64,000 bases of DNA from Blasia pusilla (lineage: Eukaryota): assembly GCA_050084515.1 (NCBI GenBank), contig CM114271.1, positions 31,496,001 to 31,560,000 on the forward strand, written 5' to 3'. How positions within the stretch are numbered: the stretch's first letter is position 1; the number at the start of each line of letters is the position of its first letter. Both the position numbers and the translations under genes were made by a program. Under the pieces are notes generated by a model. It did no database searches. It saw only the letters and a program-made list of their open reading frames with translations, and was not told the DNA's origin. Shown here in pieces: positions 40,260 to 53,379 of this stretch.

Positions 40260-43200
40260 TTATAAATTATGAGATGCGATATGACATTCTTTCAAAGCTT
40301 CCTCTGCCAAACTAATATAAAATTCTTCTTCCTCTGGGTTCCACTGGGTATCAGTCACAAGTCGTGCCAAGGATATGCCACTATTTGGCTCCTCAAAGTC
40401 TTCAGACTCTTCATTAGATTCAGACTTCCCATGAACAAGAGAAACACTCGGAAATACTGGACTATTTGGTATGGAATTAGAGGCGGTATTACCAAGATCC
40501 ATGGGAGTGGAAACATTCTCCATTATAGACTGCACCAAATTTCCCCCTGATACAACACTACCCTATACATTAAGTTCTTCAGTCGTATCTCTAGTCTCTT
40601 GGGAATATAAACTTTCAACTCCTGAGTAAAGCCTACTATGATTTCCATACTCAGAAAGAAACCGACTTGCATCGGGACATAAGGTATAGGTCTCCCTACA
40701 AGTTGGTCCGCTTGCAGCACTTGGCAAGTTTTCCAATTATGCCCTTGAAGTGCACAATGGCTACAATGTCTTTCAGAAGTGCGATCAATCCTTTACCCAT
40801 TTCAAATCGTTGGTGCCCTACACCCGTTAGGAATACCTAAAGGACCTCGCGGTGGGATATACGCATGTTGGCCACTCCCAACATCATCTTCATTCACTAA
40901 CTCTTCATGTACAGGATAAGAACTCTCTTCACCACCTCCTTGTCCTCTTCGCATCTTGCCACCTCTCCCACCAGGAATGCGCACATAACGATGTCTACCA
41001 TGCCAAACTGCAAGAATGGGAGGTCGAAAATCCCAAGATGGTATTAGTTCGTCACTCTTCACGACCGGTATACTGCTTTTGTAGATCTGCCTTATGAAGT
41101 CATTGGTCCAGATAACATCAAGAAGTTTCTGTGAGTCCATTCCAGTAATGACATCCCAAGCCATTACATGCGTACATGGCCAACAAGTATCTTGGAACTC
41201 TAGGCATGAACAACTGCACTTAGGATGCAAGCGGACATGAAATTGGTGCCTACTAGTTGTGGAAGTGACAAGTGCATTTGTTGCATCTGAGGCTAGTACA
41301 TCAAAACTTTGACAATTGGCTTCATTCTCTCGATAACGAAAAGTGCATAAGTAGTCAGTTTGTTGGAGAACTTCTCCGGGTGACATGCCTCTACTTTTCT
41401 TTCTGCGTAAGTTTTCATCATGTAATTCCATAACTCATGAGCAATGACAAGTGGAGATCCCTCCCTAATAGGTTTGATGGCGGAATTTATGACCTCTACA
41501 AGATTTGAACTCAGTTTGCCATAGCGTGGCAAAGGGAATGCACACCTCGCAAACTTCTCTGGTCCTATCTCTTGTATGTACGAAGCCGCATCAGCTATTT
41601 GTTGAATATGATGCCTTTCCAATTCGTTAATCCACATGTCATACATGGAAAACAAGACCCTCAATTGTCGTTAGCCGCCGCATAACTCTAAATAGCGCAA
41701 CTGAAAAATAATCCGTCATTAGCCACCGTCCTAAAATGATTGGAATTTAGATGCCGATTTAATCCTAAATAGCCTCGGTCCTAACAAGGTATCAAATTAG
41801 CAATCGTCCTAACTGTGAATAGCCTGTAGGGAATAGCAGCCGTCCTAAGTGTGAATAGCCGCCGCCCAATAAGGAATAGCAGCCGTCCTAACTTTGACTA
41901 GCCGCTGTCCTATAGGGAATAGCAGCCGTCCTTACTGTGAATAGCCGCCGTCTTATAGAGAATAGCAGTAAAAAATAGCCGCATCCTATGCAAAATACTA
42001 CCATTGAATATTCAAGACTCACATATGCAAACTGTAAGGAATAATGAAATGGATTGATTGCTTACTTCTCCTTGGTCCCGACATAAAGGCAGGCAGTGAA
42101 AAATTCTTCGGCAACTTTTCCATACCGTGTTGTCTCAAATGTTGGGCACACATGCTATGTATATTCTGGGGGAATATTGTATGCACAACGTGTAAAAGGC
42201 CCTTTAGTCTATCAAAAAAAAAAAACAATTTTGGGATCATTTAAGGCTAGGATGGCTTTCTTCAGATGTGCACAAAACCATTCCCATTCCTCATTGTTCT
42301 CGCAAGGAGATATGCCAAATGCCACAATGATCAAATTGGCATTTCCATCAAATATGGACGCAATGAAAATCTGCATGGGATACTTCCTATTCTTTGTATG
42401 GCATGCATCCAAGCCAACTACCTTTTGCACATAAGGAATGATGTTCTTCACGGCGGATGGACAAATAAATAGCCTCTTGAAGGTGGCAGATTCTAAATCC
42501 CAAACATCCCAAGCGGCGGTGGCAAAGGAGTAGGCTTCCTTTACTTCTTGTTTGAAAGAAGGAATCAAATGGAAACCTGCCCGTTCACCCTCATTCATCC
42601 AATCTCGACATATTTCTTTGCATCTCCACGCAAGAAAGTAAGTTGTTCGCTTCTTGTACGTCTGCAGAAGGACTTCTACAAGGCTACCTACAGGGATGCT
42701 AGGTTGATTTACAACCCTATCTGCTAATACCATTGTTAACCACTTTGCCTTGTGGGTAGGACCCCTCCATGTATGAATGTGCCCCGTACAAGTGTGTTTC
42801 AAATTACACACCGTTATCTCACATAGGCCTGTACTTGTATGCCGTTGGCAACGGACCCTCCACTCGCAAACTTCATCTTTACATGATATGCCATTCCCCT
42901 TCACTGAAAGTATGTACCTAGAAAATTGACCACATGCCCCATTCTTGGCGGTGGGGACTCTCGCTTCGCCGCTCTTTCTCCTTTTCTCCGCGGGAACGTC
43001 TAAGCTTACTCTAGTTTCTGAGAAAGAATTCTTGAAAATTGGCTGGTTAGGCCTCTTACTATGTTGAGGTCACCACTGGACCCCCATTCCGCATGCAAGC
43101 CTCGATATACGTGGGTCTTGAAATTCTTCACTATGTCCCCCATTATCTCCAACCGAGGGTCCACACACATTAACCGCAACTCGGTTGACATTAGCCGCCC

Positions 43201-43430
43201 TGCTATTTTTCGCTGTCCTCCCCCTAACATCGTCTGATTTTTTTCCGCTATGATTAGCAGCCGTTGAATATTCCTGAATATTTTCCTCCAATCCTCCGGT
43301 GCCGGACGTGTTGTTAATACCATGTACGCTTGTGGTTATGTCTTGCAAAGGTGAATGGCATACAAAACTACATTTCTTCACAAGAGTATCCTCCTTCTGA
43401 GGATACTGTCTATTTTTTGAAGTCTTCAAA
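40260..43430 (-). pseudogene. MuDR/Mutator-like transposase with SWIM domain (frameshifted)
   Basis: CEWRVRC...HTC, VVGLDACHTKNRK...DGNANLIIVAFG (42212..42904), HSMCAQHL, RYGKLSSNLVEVINS (41293..41664), CSCSCLEFQDTCWPCTH (40802..41431), C-terminal CSHC...H...C knuckle near 40720-40770. Confidence 0.9.
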
Positions 43431-43764
43431 GTGCTACAGGGTTTGTCCTCATTGAAAATAGGGAGACCTTTGGCTCTGATCTTTGCGCCAAATCTACATA
43501 TTCTAAGTCAATACCATTTCTTGCTGCGTGCGCAATGCTTTGCTTTATAATTCAGCGAGCACCAACAATCTAGTGAAAACTCAAACTCGTTGAAGCTGCG
43601 GAACACTTGCTTCAATTGTATCTGCTCGACATGCCTCCTTACTGCACATGATGACCCAAAGGTTGTTAATCAATCTAACTTTTACTACGGCTAATGACTG
43701 CGCCATGCCGATAAAAATCATAAATGCAAACTTACATTGTATCCACCAAATATCCACTACGGTG

Positions 43765-44545
43765 GCTATTGTGAGTAGGCTCACCTCTCAAAAGTACAAA
43801 ACAACTGCAATGACGGCTATTCAGAGTAGGCTCACCTTTCAGGGGTACAAAACAACTGCAACGGCTGCTATTTAGGCGGCTATTCTGAGTAGTATCACCT
43901 CTTAGGAGTACAAAACAACCGCAACGGTAACTATTTTGAGTAAGCTCACCTCTCAGGAGTACAAAACAACTGCAACGGAGGCTACTCTGAGTAGCCTCAC
44001 CTTTCAAGAGTAAAAAATTACTACAACGGCGGCTATTTCGGAGGCTAGTCTAGGTAGGCCAACCTCTCTAAAAAAAAATCTACAACGGCGGCTAATTCGG
44101 CGGCTATTCTGAGTTGGCTCACCTCTCAAAAGAACAAAACAACTACAACGGCGGCTAATTTGGTGGCTATTCTGAGTTGGCTCACCTCTCATGAAAACAA
44201 AACAACTACAACGGCGGCTAATTTGGCGGTTATTCTGAGTAGGCTAAGCTCTAAAGAAAACAAAAAAATTTCAAATGCGGCTAAGTCGACCACTCTTATG
44301 ACTAGGCTCAACTCTCAAGACAACAAAACAACTACAAGGGCAGTTAATTTGGAGGCTATTATGAGTAGGCAACCCTCTCAGGAAAACTACAAAAACTACA
44401 AAGGTAGCTAATTCGGAGGCTATATTGTGAGGAGGCTCAGCTCTCACGAAATCAAAAATACTGCAACGGCGGATATTTTTCCGGCTATTCTGAGAAGGAT
44501 CACCTCTCACGAAACGAAAAATCTACAACGGCGGCTATTTCGATT
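43765..44545. repeat. Subterminal tandem array, ~52-70-bp unit, about 11 copies
   Basis: Recurrent GGCTATTCTGAGTAGGCTCACCTCTCA...AAAACAACT(G/A)CAACGGCG; units are mutually similar with no unique spacers. Confidence 0.9.
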
Positions 44546-45386
44546 ATGGTGGCGGCTATTGCGACAATACTCATCGTTTCTGGATCAAATATCCATCTCG
44601 ACGGCTATTTTGACGACCAGTAAACCCTTAGCTTTAGAATCCGGCGACATGTTTACCTTCTTCTAGGCTGAACCCTCCGAGACAGGGATCATTCTAGGAC
44701 GTGGATGCTCGCCATAACTCGAAAGCAGCCGAAGACTCTCTTGATGGTGGCCTTCGTTCATAAGATCCGCAGTTTTGGTCTTTGCGACTTGAACCAAACA
44801 ATCCATTGTCATCCACAAGAAAATGTTGTCTGCTCAAGTCTGGAAAATCGTCATCAGTACACGAGAGGTCAGGATGTTTGGGTAGCTCGACACCATCCAT
44901 TCTCTTATCAAGATGATGAACAATAAACACTGATTAGTAAACAAATTAACATGTGCTAGAGAGTGTAAGCACGAGTGTTGATCACGATTTGCATGATCAA
45001 CAGTCCTAACTTGAGAGTGACAAACCCTAACTCGGGATTGTTCCTATATCCAAAACTTGTTTGCTATAGTAACTACGTAGAAGAACATTTGTACCAAGTG
45101 GTTCGAACTGACGTGGCAGTTGAAAGGGGCCGTTCAGGCAAGAGATTTTGTATGGGGACCGGTAAAGCAAAAAGAATCCGCATGGGGGCCACTTAAGTAA
45201 ATACCTGATATTGTTGCAGTTTAACTAGATTTCGAACCAGGCAGCCACCCATACTAGAGTAGGTAGCTCATCTACTCACACTCATGTCCATATGTAGGTA
45301 GCACCCTCAGGTAAGCAAGATACCGTCGGAAAACCCACAACCAAGTACCGATAAGATTAAAAGAGCAGCATTTAGGAACCTTTCAA

Positions 45387-45444
45387 CACATTTTGAGATT
45401 AGGAATTACCGACACTTGTCGGTAATTCCTAATCTCAAGATGTG
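45387..45444. repeat. Near-perfect palindrome (22-bp perfect arms, 2-nt centre)
   Basis: TTGAGATTAGGAATTACCGACA (45393-45414) CT TGTCGGTAATTCCTAATCTCAA (45417-45438), extendable by CACAT/ATGTG past one mismatch. Confidence 0.92.
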
Positions 45445-47765
45445 AACTAGTTTGGTCTCACGATTTACACCCAAAACGAAAATGGGGTCAACACAAAGAA
45501 AGAAAATGTGAAGTGGAGATACATTCCAATTGTATTCAATTTAAAATTCGGAACAGTTGTGACGCCGACCAAAACTGCAAAAATTCACAGGTATAATAGG
45601 TTCCTACGGTCATTCTGTCTGGTGATGCAGATACAGCCTCGGGCGTGGTAATCGGTTCCCAGTAGACCACGTCCGTAGGGATCACATAGGAAACTCAGAA
45701 ATTAAATAATCCGAGCTTGCAACCCAAAGATAGGTGACGACAGTAGTAGAGGCCTTCGATGTAAGTGCGGAAGAAAAGACCTTTCACAAGGGAAGAATAT
45801 TGTGAGTGAAGTCCACGTGGATAGGTTGTATGAGGTGTTTGTATTATTGTAGGAACTAATATAAAGTGGGGAAATGCGAAGGGACCAGAAGACCTTGGGA
45901 CTCTCACTGTGGAATCGAGGAAGCTGAGGAGGGTGGGGAGGGGTGGAGACTTCCACTGACTCAATCCAGAGCGCGATCAAAATAAGGCAAAGCCATGATC
46001 TGTTCGGCAAGGGGAGAACCCGTGTCTGGCATTGGAGCTTATGAGTATCGTGATAGATAAGGTTCAACGCAATAAATAAAATGTATGATGTATAGCCATT
46101 CGAGTTTCACCAGCCTTCCTAAGGACCTAGACTCTTGGAGCCAAAATTTGGCAACCCGCTCGGTTTCTGGTACCTCGAAAAGATAGCGAAGTTTAGCGGA
46201 GTAAAATCCATGTGAGGAATATGAAATAATCCACTGCATGTAATGATGTGCCCGTACAATCAATAACGGGATATTTCGCAACCCCCGGCCCCCTCACGAT
46301 AATCCGAGTACATCAACGCAAATGCAACTAACTATATTAATTTTATGTGACCTGGTTTTGGAATAATTAAAAAAAGATGGGGGTTTGAGGAAGGGTTTCT
46401 AAATTTGTTCCACATGTATTTTTTTCTTCTTCTGGTGTTAATACGTGTTATATTTAACATAAATATATAATAAAATAATTAAATTTATAGGCCATAGACT
46501 TAACAATTATTTTTTCCACGCTAGTTTTTCCACACTAGCTTCAGCTGTCTGCCACGCACTTTGGGTGGCAAATTGTCTGATTCCTTCTTTCCCTACCCGA
46601 TAAGAGACCCGAAAGAATCCAAATCAGGAAGACACTCACAATCTGCCTTAGCTTGCCACGGCAATGCATAGCAACAAGCATGTCATTAGAGAATCAGAGA
46701 AGGCCTACAGGCCACAGACGAAACGCACACACAGGTGTAGCGTTCCGTGGAAATGTTAGCTGTCCCGAACTTCCATGCTGCTTTCAGCCAATACTTATCT
46801 ATGAAACGTGTCTTCGACTCCTGAGACCACGGTGGCCTCATTTCTGCCTCCCTTTGCCTGCGCAATGAGAGGAGGGTTGACCTCCACCTCCGTGCTGCTA
46901 CCAGGTGTCCAATGATTCACTCTGGTGCGTCTTGTACCCCGCATCACTAGCAGTTCCACTTATTGGCCCAGACCGGACCGGATTACATTACGCCATAGAG
47001 CTGCTACGCCTGTTACTTTCTGCCATTCGCCCTCGAATTCCAAGGTACAACGGCTGTCAGTTCAGCAATCAATGACCAGCTATGTAGCGATCCCCACCCA
47101 CTAAATGGCAACGTGACACTGACGCCAGGATTATAGGCTAGACTACACTCCATCACCACGTTCTCAATTATGCTTTCACTCTATTTATCGAAAATCCGTC
47201 CTCTGGTTCCTCACCCCCATTATGACCTCAAATATCGTCATGGAAACGTCACTCCGATTGGTCCCCGGAATGGTCCGCAACCGTTCGGTCGTGACGGCAC
47301 AATCGGCTCAGATGATTCAGATTTCTACTCAGTCGCCCCCCTTATGCAAAAGTAGAACTAGTTTGGTCCCTTCCTTCGGAGAATCAAATGAAATTGATTT
47401 TGAATAGAAAAAAAAATAAAAATGAAAAGGAGCCAGGAGGGGGGTGATGCATTACAAAATCTACTATCCAAAGTTAAGAAGCAAAATACGCAGCATGTTA
47501 AGAGATAGAGCAACAAGAATGTGGCCCCATGCAGTCAAAGATAGTACGTTGTGGTGCATAAAGTTAATAAGAGGGAAAAATTTTCACCTGAAAAGATTTA
47601 TTAAATGCTCAATGATATATCTATGGAGGTAAAGACAAGGGTGTCAAGAGTGGATTTATACTATCTGGTATTATCTTTTAAAACACTCTTACTTATGGTG
47701 GTTGACCATGTGTCATGTGTGGGAGTCTATTCCGAAATGTCTTGATTTAAACCCAATTGATAACA

Positions 47766-47972
47766 TCTATACTATAATTGTAGAACCTTGTGCTTGCCTA
47801 AGACACCCACACCTTTTGATTTTGACTAATGCAAGCTGCCAATCTTGCAACATGTCCCACATCTCTTAGGGTCACTCATGAATCGGTCAAGTTATTGGGT
47901 CACATTTTAGCATAAGGATGGGTAATTTGAATCACACCTCATTATCCGTGCATCGCACATGGCATCCAATAG
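47766..47972 (+). mobile_element. Miniature non-autonomous Helitron
   Basis: A|TCTATACTATAAT 5' end; GTGCATCGCAC hairpin at ~47947 then ATAG|T (degenerate CTAG); sits between A and T. Confidence 0.55.
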
Positions 47973-48088
47973 TGATGTCAAATGTCTAACAAGATTTGGG
48001 GAACAATTTTTAAGGATTATAAAGTGTTTAAGTTGTGAAAAAAATGTTGAAACATTAATAGCCTCATATTTTCCTGTGTTTAGACGTG

Positions 48089-48418
48089 TGTGACGTCTTT
48101 CAGGATAGATCGGCGAGATCTACTAGAGCGCCTTTGGAGATACTAGAAGATAGCCTCAGGAGGTCAAGGATGACATGTTGAGGCCGCAGGTAACTTGCGA
48201 GAGCAGTTTCCCCTTCGTTTTGGCTCATTTGGAGCCATATTGAGGAACTTACTATTTTGGGTAAGTTATTATTTTTGGTATAGTTGAATTTCTACTTTGG
48301 GAAGTGGCCCTTGACCCGCTACAACACGTCAAGAGCCAAGGAGGTGATCTGCGAGCACATGTTACCGAGGAGAGAGCTTGGGAGAGGGAAGGGGATATAC
48401 CTCCAAGAGAGAGAGAGT
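48089..48418 (+). mobile_element. Copy D, 5' terminal 330 bp (interrupted by copy B)
   Basis: TGTGACGTCTTTCAGGATAGATCGG... is the reverse complement of the copy A terminus (~5945-6274); homology resumes at 63267. Confidence 0.85.
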
Positions 48419-48726
48419 TGTCATGCACATACACATCGCTACACAACATACATCACTGTCACTGAACACACACACAAACACTCACGATCCCATGCTCACT
48501 TATGGCATACAAACAACGAAACAAGAAGTTACAAAATATCTCCAATCGCCCCTCTAGCTAGTGGTTAGGTCTCTCTAACTCCAGATAGCCATCTATCCCT
48601 ACCTACCATGACATACATCTCTCGAACGCTAAGAGCAAGAAGGCCGGGTGCTCGTGTGGCCCCATCGTTAGTCGCCTTCTTGTCATCCATGTCAGAGACA
48701 CAAGTCGGAATGTAGAAGTACCTACT

Positions 48727-51480
48727 CTATGTACATCTAGGACACATCCATCGTCCCTGAGGAACCCTAGTGAGAGGTGGCATCAAACATGCCATATACC
48801 ATCCTCTCGAACATCCATCACAGACTAGCATAGTGGCTGCATCACGGGCTGAACCACACAACATACATCATAAGCATGCAGGAACTATTGCTAAGCTTGG
48901 ATCAACTATCTCGTCAATGTTCGGAAGGTGATACGACGTACAGCTCAATGTATCCCGATGGTGCGCAATTGCCAAGTTCTCAAACGCCATGGGCATCACT
49001 CTCCGAAAAAATTCAGCCCTCTGAGAATATGCTCGTATCCATACATCACGGTCATCAAGGTTCAACACCTCACCAACATCTCGACGAATGGCCGCACGTA
49101 AATCTAGCTCTCGGCCATACAAAAGCAAGTACGGTGAGAAAGACGCTAAGGATGCCCGCCTGATGAATCTATATCCCATCACCAACCATAGATATTGTAG
49201 GTCCCAATCTCCTAGGTGATCTCTCTGCAAGCCATATTTGCGTAGTCCTCTCTTCATCGTCTGCACAACCCGCTCCGCTTGTCCATCTGCCTTAGGATGA
49301 TCCCGCGAAGTAGTGCGATGGTCGATCAGTGCCTGACCACACAAGGCTTGAAACTCCCCATGGAACTATGTACCCTGGTCTGTCAACACCTCAGCTGGTG
49401 CGCCGTAATGACTCAGCACTCGATCTAGGAAGGCATACACTATTCCCTCACTTGCTTTTTCAGGCAATGCAACCAACTCTATCCACTTCGAGAAGTGCTC
49501 GACCATCACCAACACATAACAACTATGGCGCTCCGTCAAAGGCAAAGGTCCTGCAAAATCCAAACTTCATCTATAACCTAAACCCATGATCAGGAGTGGA
49601 TGCAAATGTGGAGTCGGAAAATTGAACAATGCTCAGACTTGATCACACACCATGCTTATGAAAACTAACAACTAAACGTTAGTCTGCATGCCTCGCCACC
49701 AATACTGAATCTGAAGCAAGCTGTACATCCGCTTCACTCCAAAATGAACCAACTCCTCGTGAACATGATGCACCAAACGTGCTCTCTGCGAAGGATGAGG
49801 CACTACATGCACTCTACCATTCTCCCACACTCGCAACACATGTGTCCCCTCCCACCAAAACCGTCTGGCTCGCTGTAGGATCCGATCCCGGTCTCTAGCA
49901 CCCACCGTGCTTGCGACGCTGCCAGTACGCAGGTACTCCAAGATCACTCCATCGTCGTGAATGTCTCGGCCACCTGTGGTCTCCTCACCCGCCTCTAGAT
50001 CTAAGGACTCTCCATCAGACCTCGCCATCAAAGTCTCAGAAATTTGGCTCCCCATAGCCAACAAGCCTAAATAGGCTCACTCTTGGCACCAACTCCTCAT
50101 CACTCTCACCATGCCAACGAGCTCCTGTCGCATCTCGCTGAATCGAGCATGGATTACGGCTCAAACCATCTGCATCCTGGTTTAGCGTCCCAGGTCCATG
50201 CACCACCTGGAAGTCATACTCCTGCAACAAAAGAGCCCACCTTGCAAGCTTCCTTGTAAGCTTGTCGGACTCCATCAATCACTTAAGTGGCTGATGATCA
50301 ATAATGATGGTAAAGGGATTCTTGAATACATAACACATGAAATGTGCGACAGCCCACACTACAGCCAAGCACTCACTCTCATACGAGCTATACTTTGCCT
50401 CTACAACGTTGTTTGAGCGACTAGCATAAGCCACCATGAACTCTCTACCATCATCGTCATGCTGGGTGAGCACGACTCCAAGCCCCAACATGCTCCAATT
50501 GGTATGCAACTGGAAAGAACGCCCCCTGATCGATCTTCTCAATATGGGCGTGGACGTCAATTTTTCCTTGAGCATCTGAAATGCTCTCCTTGTTTCAGTT
50601 CGATTGCGAAGACACTTCTGATCCACCTTGGTCATCAAGGTGAGCGGCTTCGCAATCGAACTGAAACCTTTGACGTACCGTCAATAGAAGTTCGCCAATC
50701 CCATGAATGCACAAACTCGACTCATATCTATAGGGCGTGGAATGCATGAAATAGCCTCTACTTTTGTTTGTTGCACACCAAGGCCTTGAGGGTATATTGT
50801 ATGACCCAAGGACTCAATCTTGTCGTAGAAGAACTTGCACTTTCCTGGATGTAGCTTCAGCCTATGTAACTGCAATCGTCGAAACACCTCCTCTAGATGT
50901 CGCTCATGCTCCTCAACCGTGGTGCTAAAGACTACAATGTCATCAATATAACACCTAGAAAAATCCAGACCTGCCAAGATACTATCCATGATCCTCTCGA
51001 ACTCAGCCGGGGCATTCTTTAACCCGAATGGTAAGAACCGCCACTAGTACAAACAATCCTTCCCGTGAGGATCGATGCCCCAAAATGCCATCTTCTGCGT
51101 GTCCTCTAATATGATATGTAGCTGATGGTATCCGGCTCGCAAATCCAATGAAGTGAAGAAATTTGCATGCCCAATCGCATCAAAGATCTCTTCAAGGGTG
51201 GGCATGGCATACCTATCGGACTTTGTCCGCCGATTGATAGGTCGGTAATCTCCATACATTCTTCTATCCGTCTAGTTGTCATGCACATCCTTCTTGGCGG
51301 GCATGACAGTGGCAGATGCATACTCTCCATGCGACATCTCCACTACTCTTGCGCCAACCAAGTCTTGGCTCCTACTCTAAATCAGAGCTTTCTCCATGTC
51401 ACTATACCTGTAGGGTCGTCGAAAGATCGGCGTGTCACTCGATAACTCAATGCGGATCCATGGACCCTTCAGCGTACCTA
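48727..51480 (-). pseudogene. RT-RNase H-integrase-PHD of copy B (degraded)
   Basis: DYRPIN, LDLRAGYHQ, YIDDIVV (RT); LHTNWS, YASRS (RNase H); DFAGPLP, VLTDQGT, ADGQAERVVQT (IN); CMLC...CDGC...WYMAC...WMCPRC (PHD, 48730-48867, His changed to Tyr). Confidence 0.92.
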
Positions 51481-51884
51481 AATCATGCATACTAAATGCA
51501 AAAAACTCCTATAACTCCTAAGGAATTGGTGTATCCGGCGCAACTCTCCTTCGTCAACTTAGGGTTCATATCTGGCTCCCAAGTCTCCATCGTGACTACG
51601 GTAGGACTCTCCGGCGCGGGTGTGAGTGGTTGCTATGGTGCAACCCCGTCTCGGACAACAAAACTCTCATCTCCACGTGCAGTACCCGGAACCACACTCA
51701 ATGCTATGGCTATCATCTCCTGTCATACCTGCAAAACATCCCAAGAAGTCTAAGGATGTCTCTCCCGATCACCCTTGGTGTGTCGATCTCCTTGGATCTC
51801 ACCCCCAGCCATTGTCTCAACCGTCTCAGTAGGCATGGGGCTAACCAATGCAACATCTATGATCTGTTGCATCCTCAAACGACG

Positions 51885-52835
51885 TTACTCATCTGCGCCT
51901 AAGCTTAAAATCCATGTCAAGCAGTTCAGGTCCATTGCCTGACCCAAGCAATGACGTCGCGATGCTTCTGATAGTGATGGTACTGCCGTTACTCCTGTGG
52001 AAAATCCCATCGCTTGCTCTCGCTCATCGACATTGGGCTCCACCAACCTCTTTATCTGGTCATCCCAAACCAAGCGAGGTCCGCCCTCCTTGAATGCATA
52101 GGAAGCGGGAAAACTTATGAATGTGGGAAAGGCTGCCCGTGGCATGCCAATCCTGTTGACCATAGTCAACGGCTGTCGATCATAATGCCTCACTGCCTGT
52201 GATCGACGACATGGATCTAGAATAGAATCCACCAACAAATCAGAGGGGCACTCCACTCTAGCATACGCCCTCTGCAAGACCTCATGTAGGACCAAGTTAG
52301 TCCACCACATGCAAATGCGCGCGGTGTGCTCTAGAATCTACACTTGACGCATCCAAAAACACTGCCGGGCCGATCCATGCGTGCACCTGATGTGCACTTG
52401 TCACCACGTGGGACCTCAAATCGTCCAAAATTGGCACATTCTCCAGAATGTATGTTGGAGAACGAGATTGAAGCTCCTGCAAGTGTCGCAAAATCCGCAT
52501 CATCTCCCAAAACAACTTCGACCGAGAGTCAGCTAATCCGCTACCCGGTCCAGCACTCGACTGGCCCTGACATGGCCAACCAGCAATGACCAAGTCTATG
52601 GTCCCTACCCGCTCCAAGTCCTTTGCCCCCACCAATGAAATGCCCCTCGGTAGGGAACTCTGGTAATCCTGAATGGCGGACGCAGACAACAAGTCGGGAA
52701 AACGAAGGCGTAACTGTGCCACATGGTGAAGTGAAGGGCATCTTGCAACATCATCAATCTCCACATACAAGTACTGCTGCACGCGCACTCCAGCCTGCAA
52801 AATAGCAGCTAACCCTTGGATGCACCACGCAATCG
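51885..52835 (-). pseudogene. DNMT3-like methyltransferase domain of copy B
   Basis: YVEIDD (motif II), DLVIAGWPCQG (catalytic PC), ILENV (motif VI), SRAHRA, WWTNL, EREQAMGF...RRHCLGQAMDL. Motif I is lost by a short deletion relative to A and C. Confidence 0.9.
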
Positions 52836-53379
52836 GGGTGGTGTCCAAAGGGGTCATAGCAACACTCCTGGCTACCTGGGGTTCTTTTGACCCATCACAC
52901 TCTAGTGCAAACGTCTCACTCCACGCGGTCTGCACATGCTCAATGGCTGAGCGTCAAAGCTCCTCAGTCGAGCCCAAAAGTGGCCTCTCTCTTCCATGGA
53001 CTGATGCGGCTACCATGACACTCCTCTCCATGGAAATGTCACAAACGGGAGTATCCTCTGCATGGACATGTCCCTCAATCAAATCACTAGCCCAAGTGAT
53101 GGCACTGCTAAATGCTGCTAAGGTCGCCATCTCTCCTCGTCGTCGCTCGATCACTGCACCTGTGAATCAAACGGGTAATAAGCTAAGGTGCCCATCACCT
53201 GGTCTGTATGATGCTGAATCCTCCCAGTAATCCAGGAAAAACCCCATCGGGTATAACACTGCTCCACCAACCAAGACGTTGTACGACTCTACATCAGTCA
53301 CTATCGCCTAGGGGACTCATCTGTAGGATGTCCCGAGCGAATCCTCACCACGACCTCCTCTCGTGTGATATACTGTGTG

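Larger units (their letters stand above)
30023..45207 (-). mobile_element. Full-length Mutator-like element (15.2 kb) with captured host fragment (Pack-MULE-like)
   Basis: TIRs CAGGTATTTGCTTAAGTGGCCCCC (30023) and GGGGGCCACTTAAGTAAATACCTG (ending 45207); exact 9-bp TSD ATATTGTTG at 30014-30022 and 45208-45216; internal MULE transposase. Confidence 0.93.

Noticed and set aside
43765-44545. CRISPR-like array
   Set aside because: Whole units are similar with no unique spacers, there are no cas genes, and the context is a eukaryotic MULE.
45500-47400. Host gene right of the MULE (and at 28000-29400 on its left)
   Set aside because: No convincing exon chain or protein motif could be assembled by eye.
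48415-48418. TSD for copy B
   Set aside because: The left flank GAGT and right flank GCTC lie in a degenerate GA repeat and do not match cleanly; the insertion is supported by continuity of D instead.
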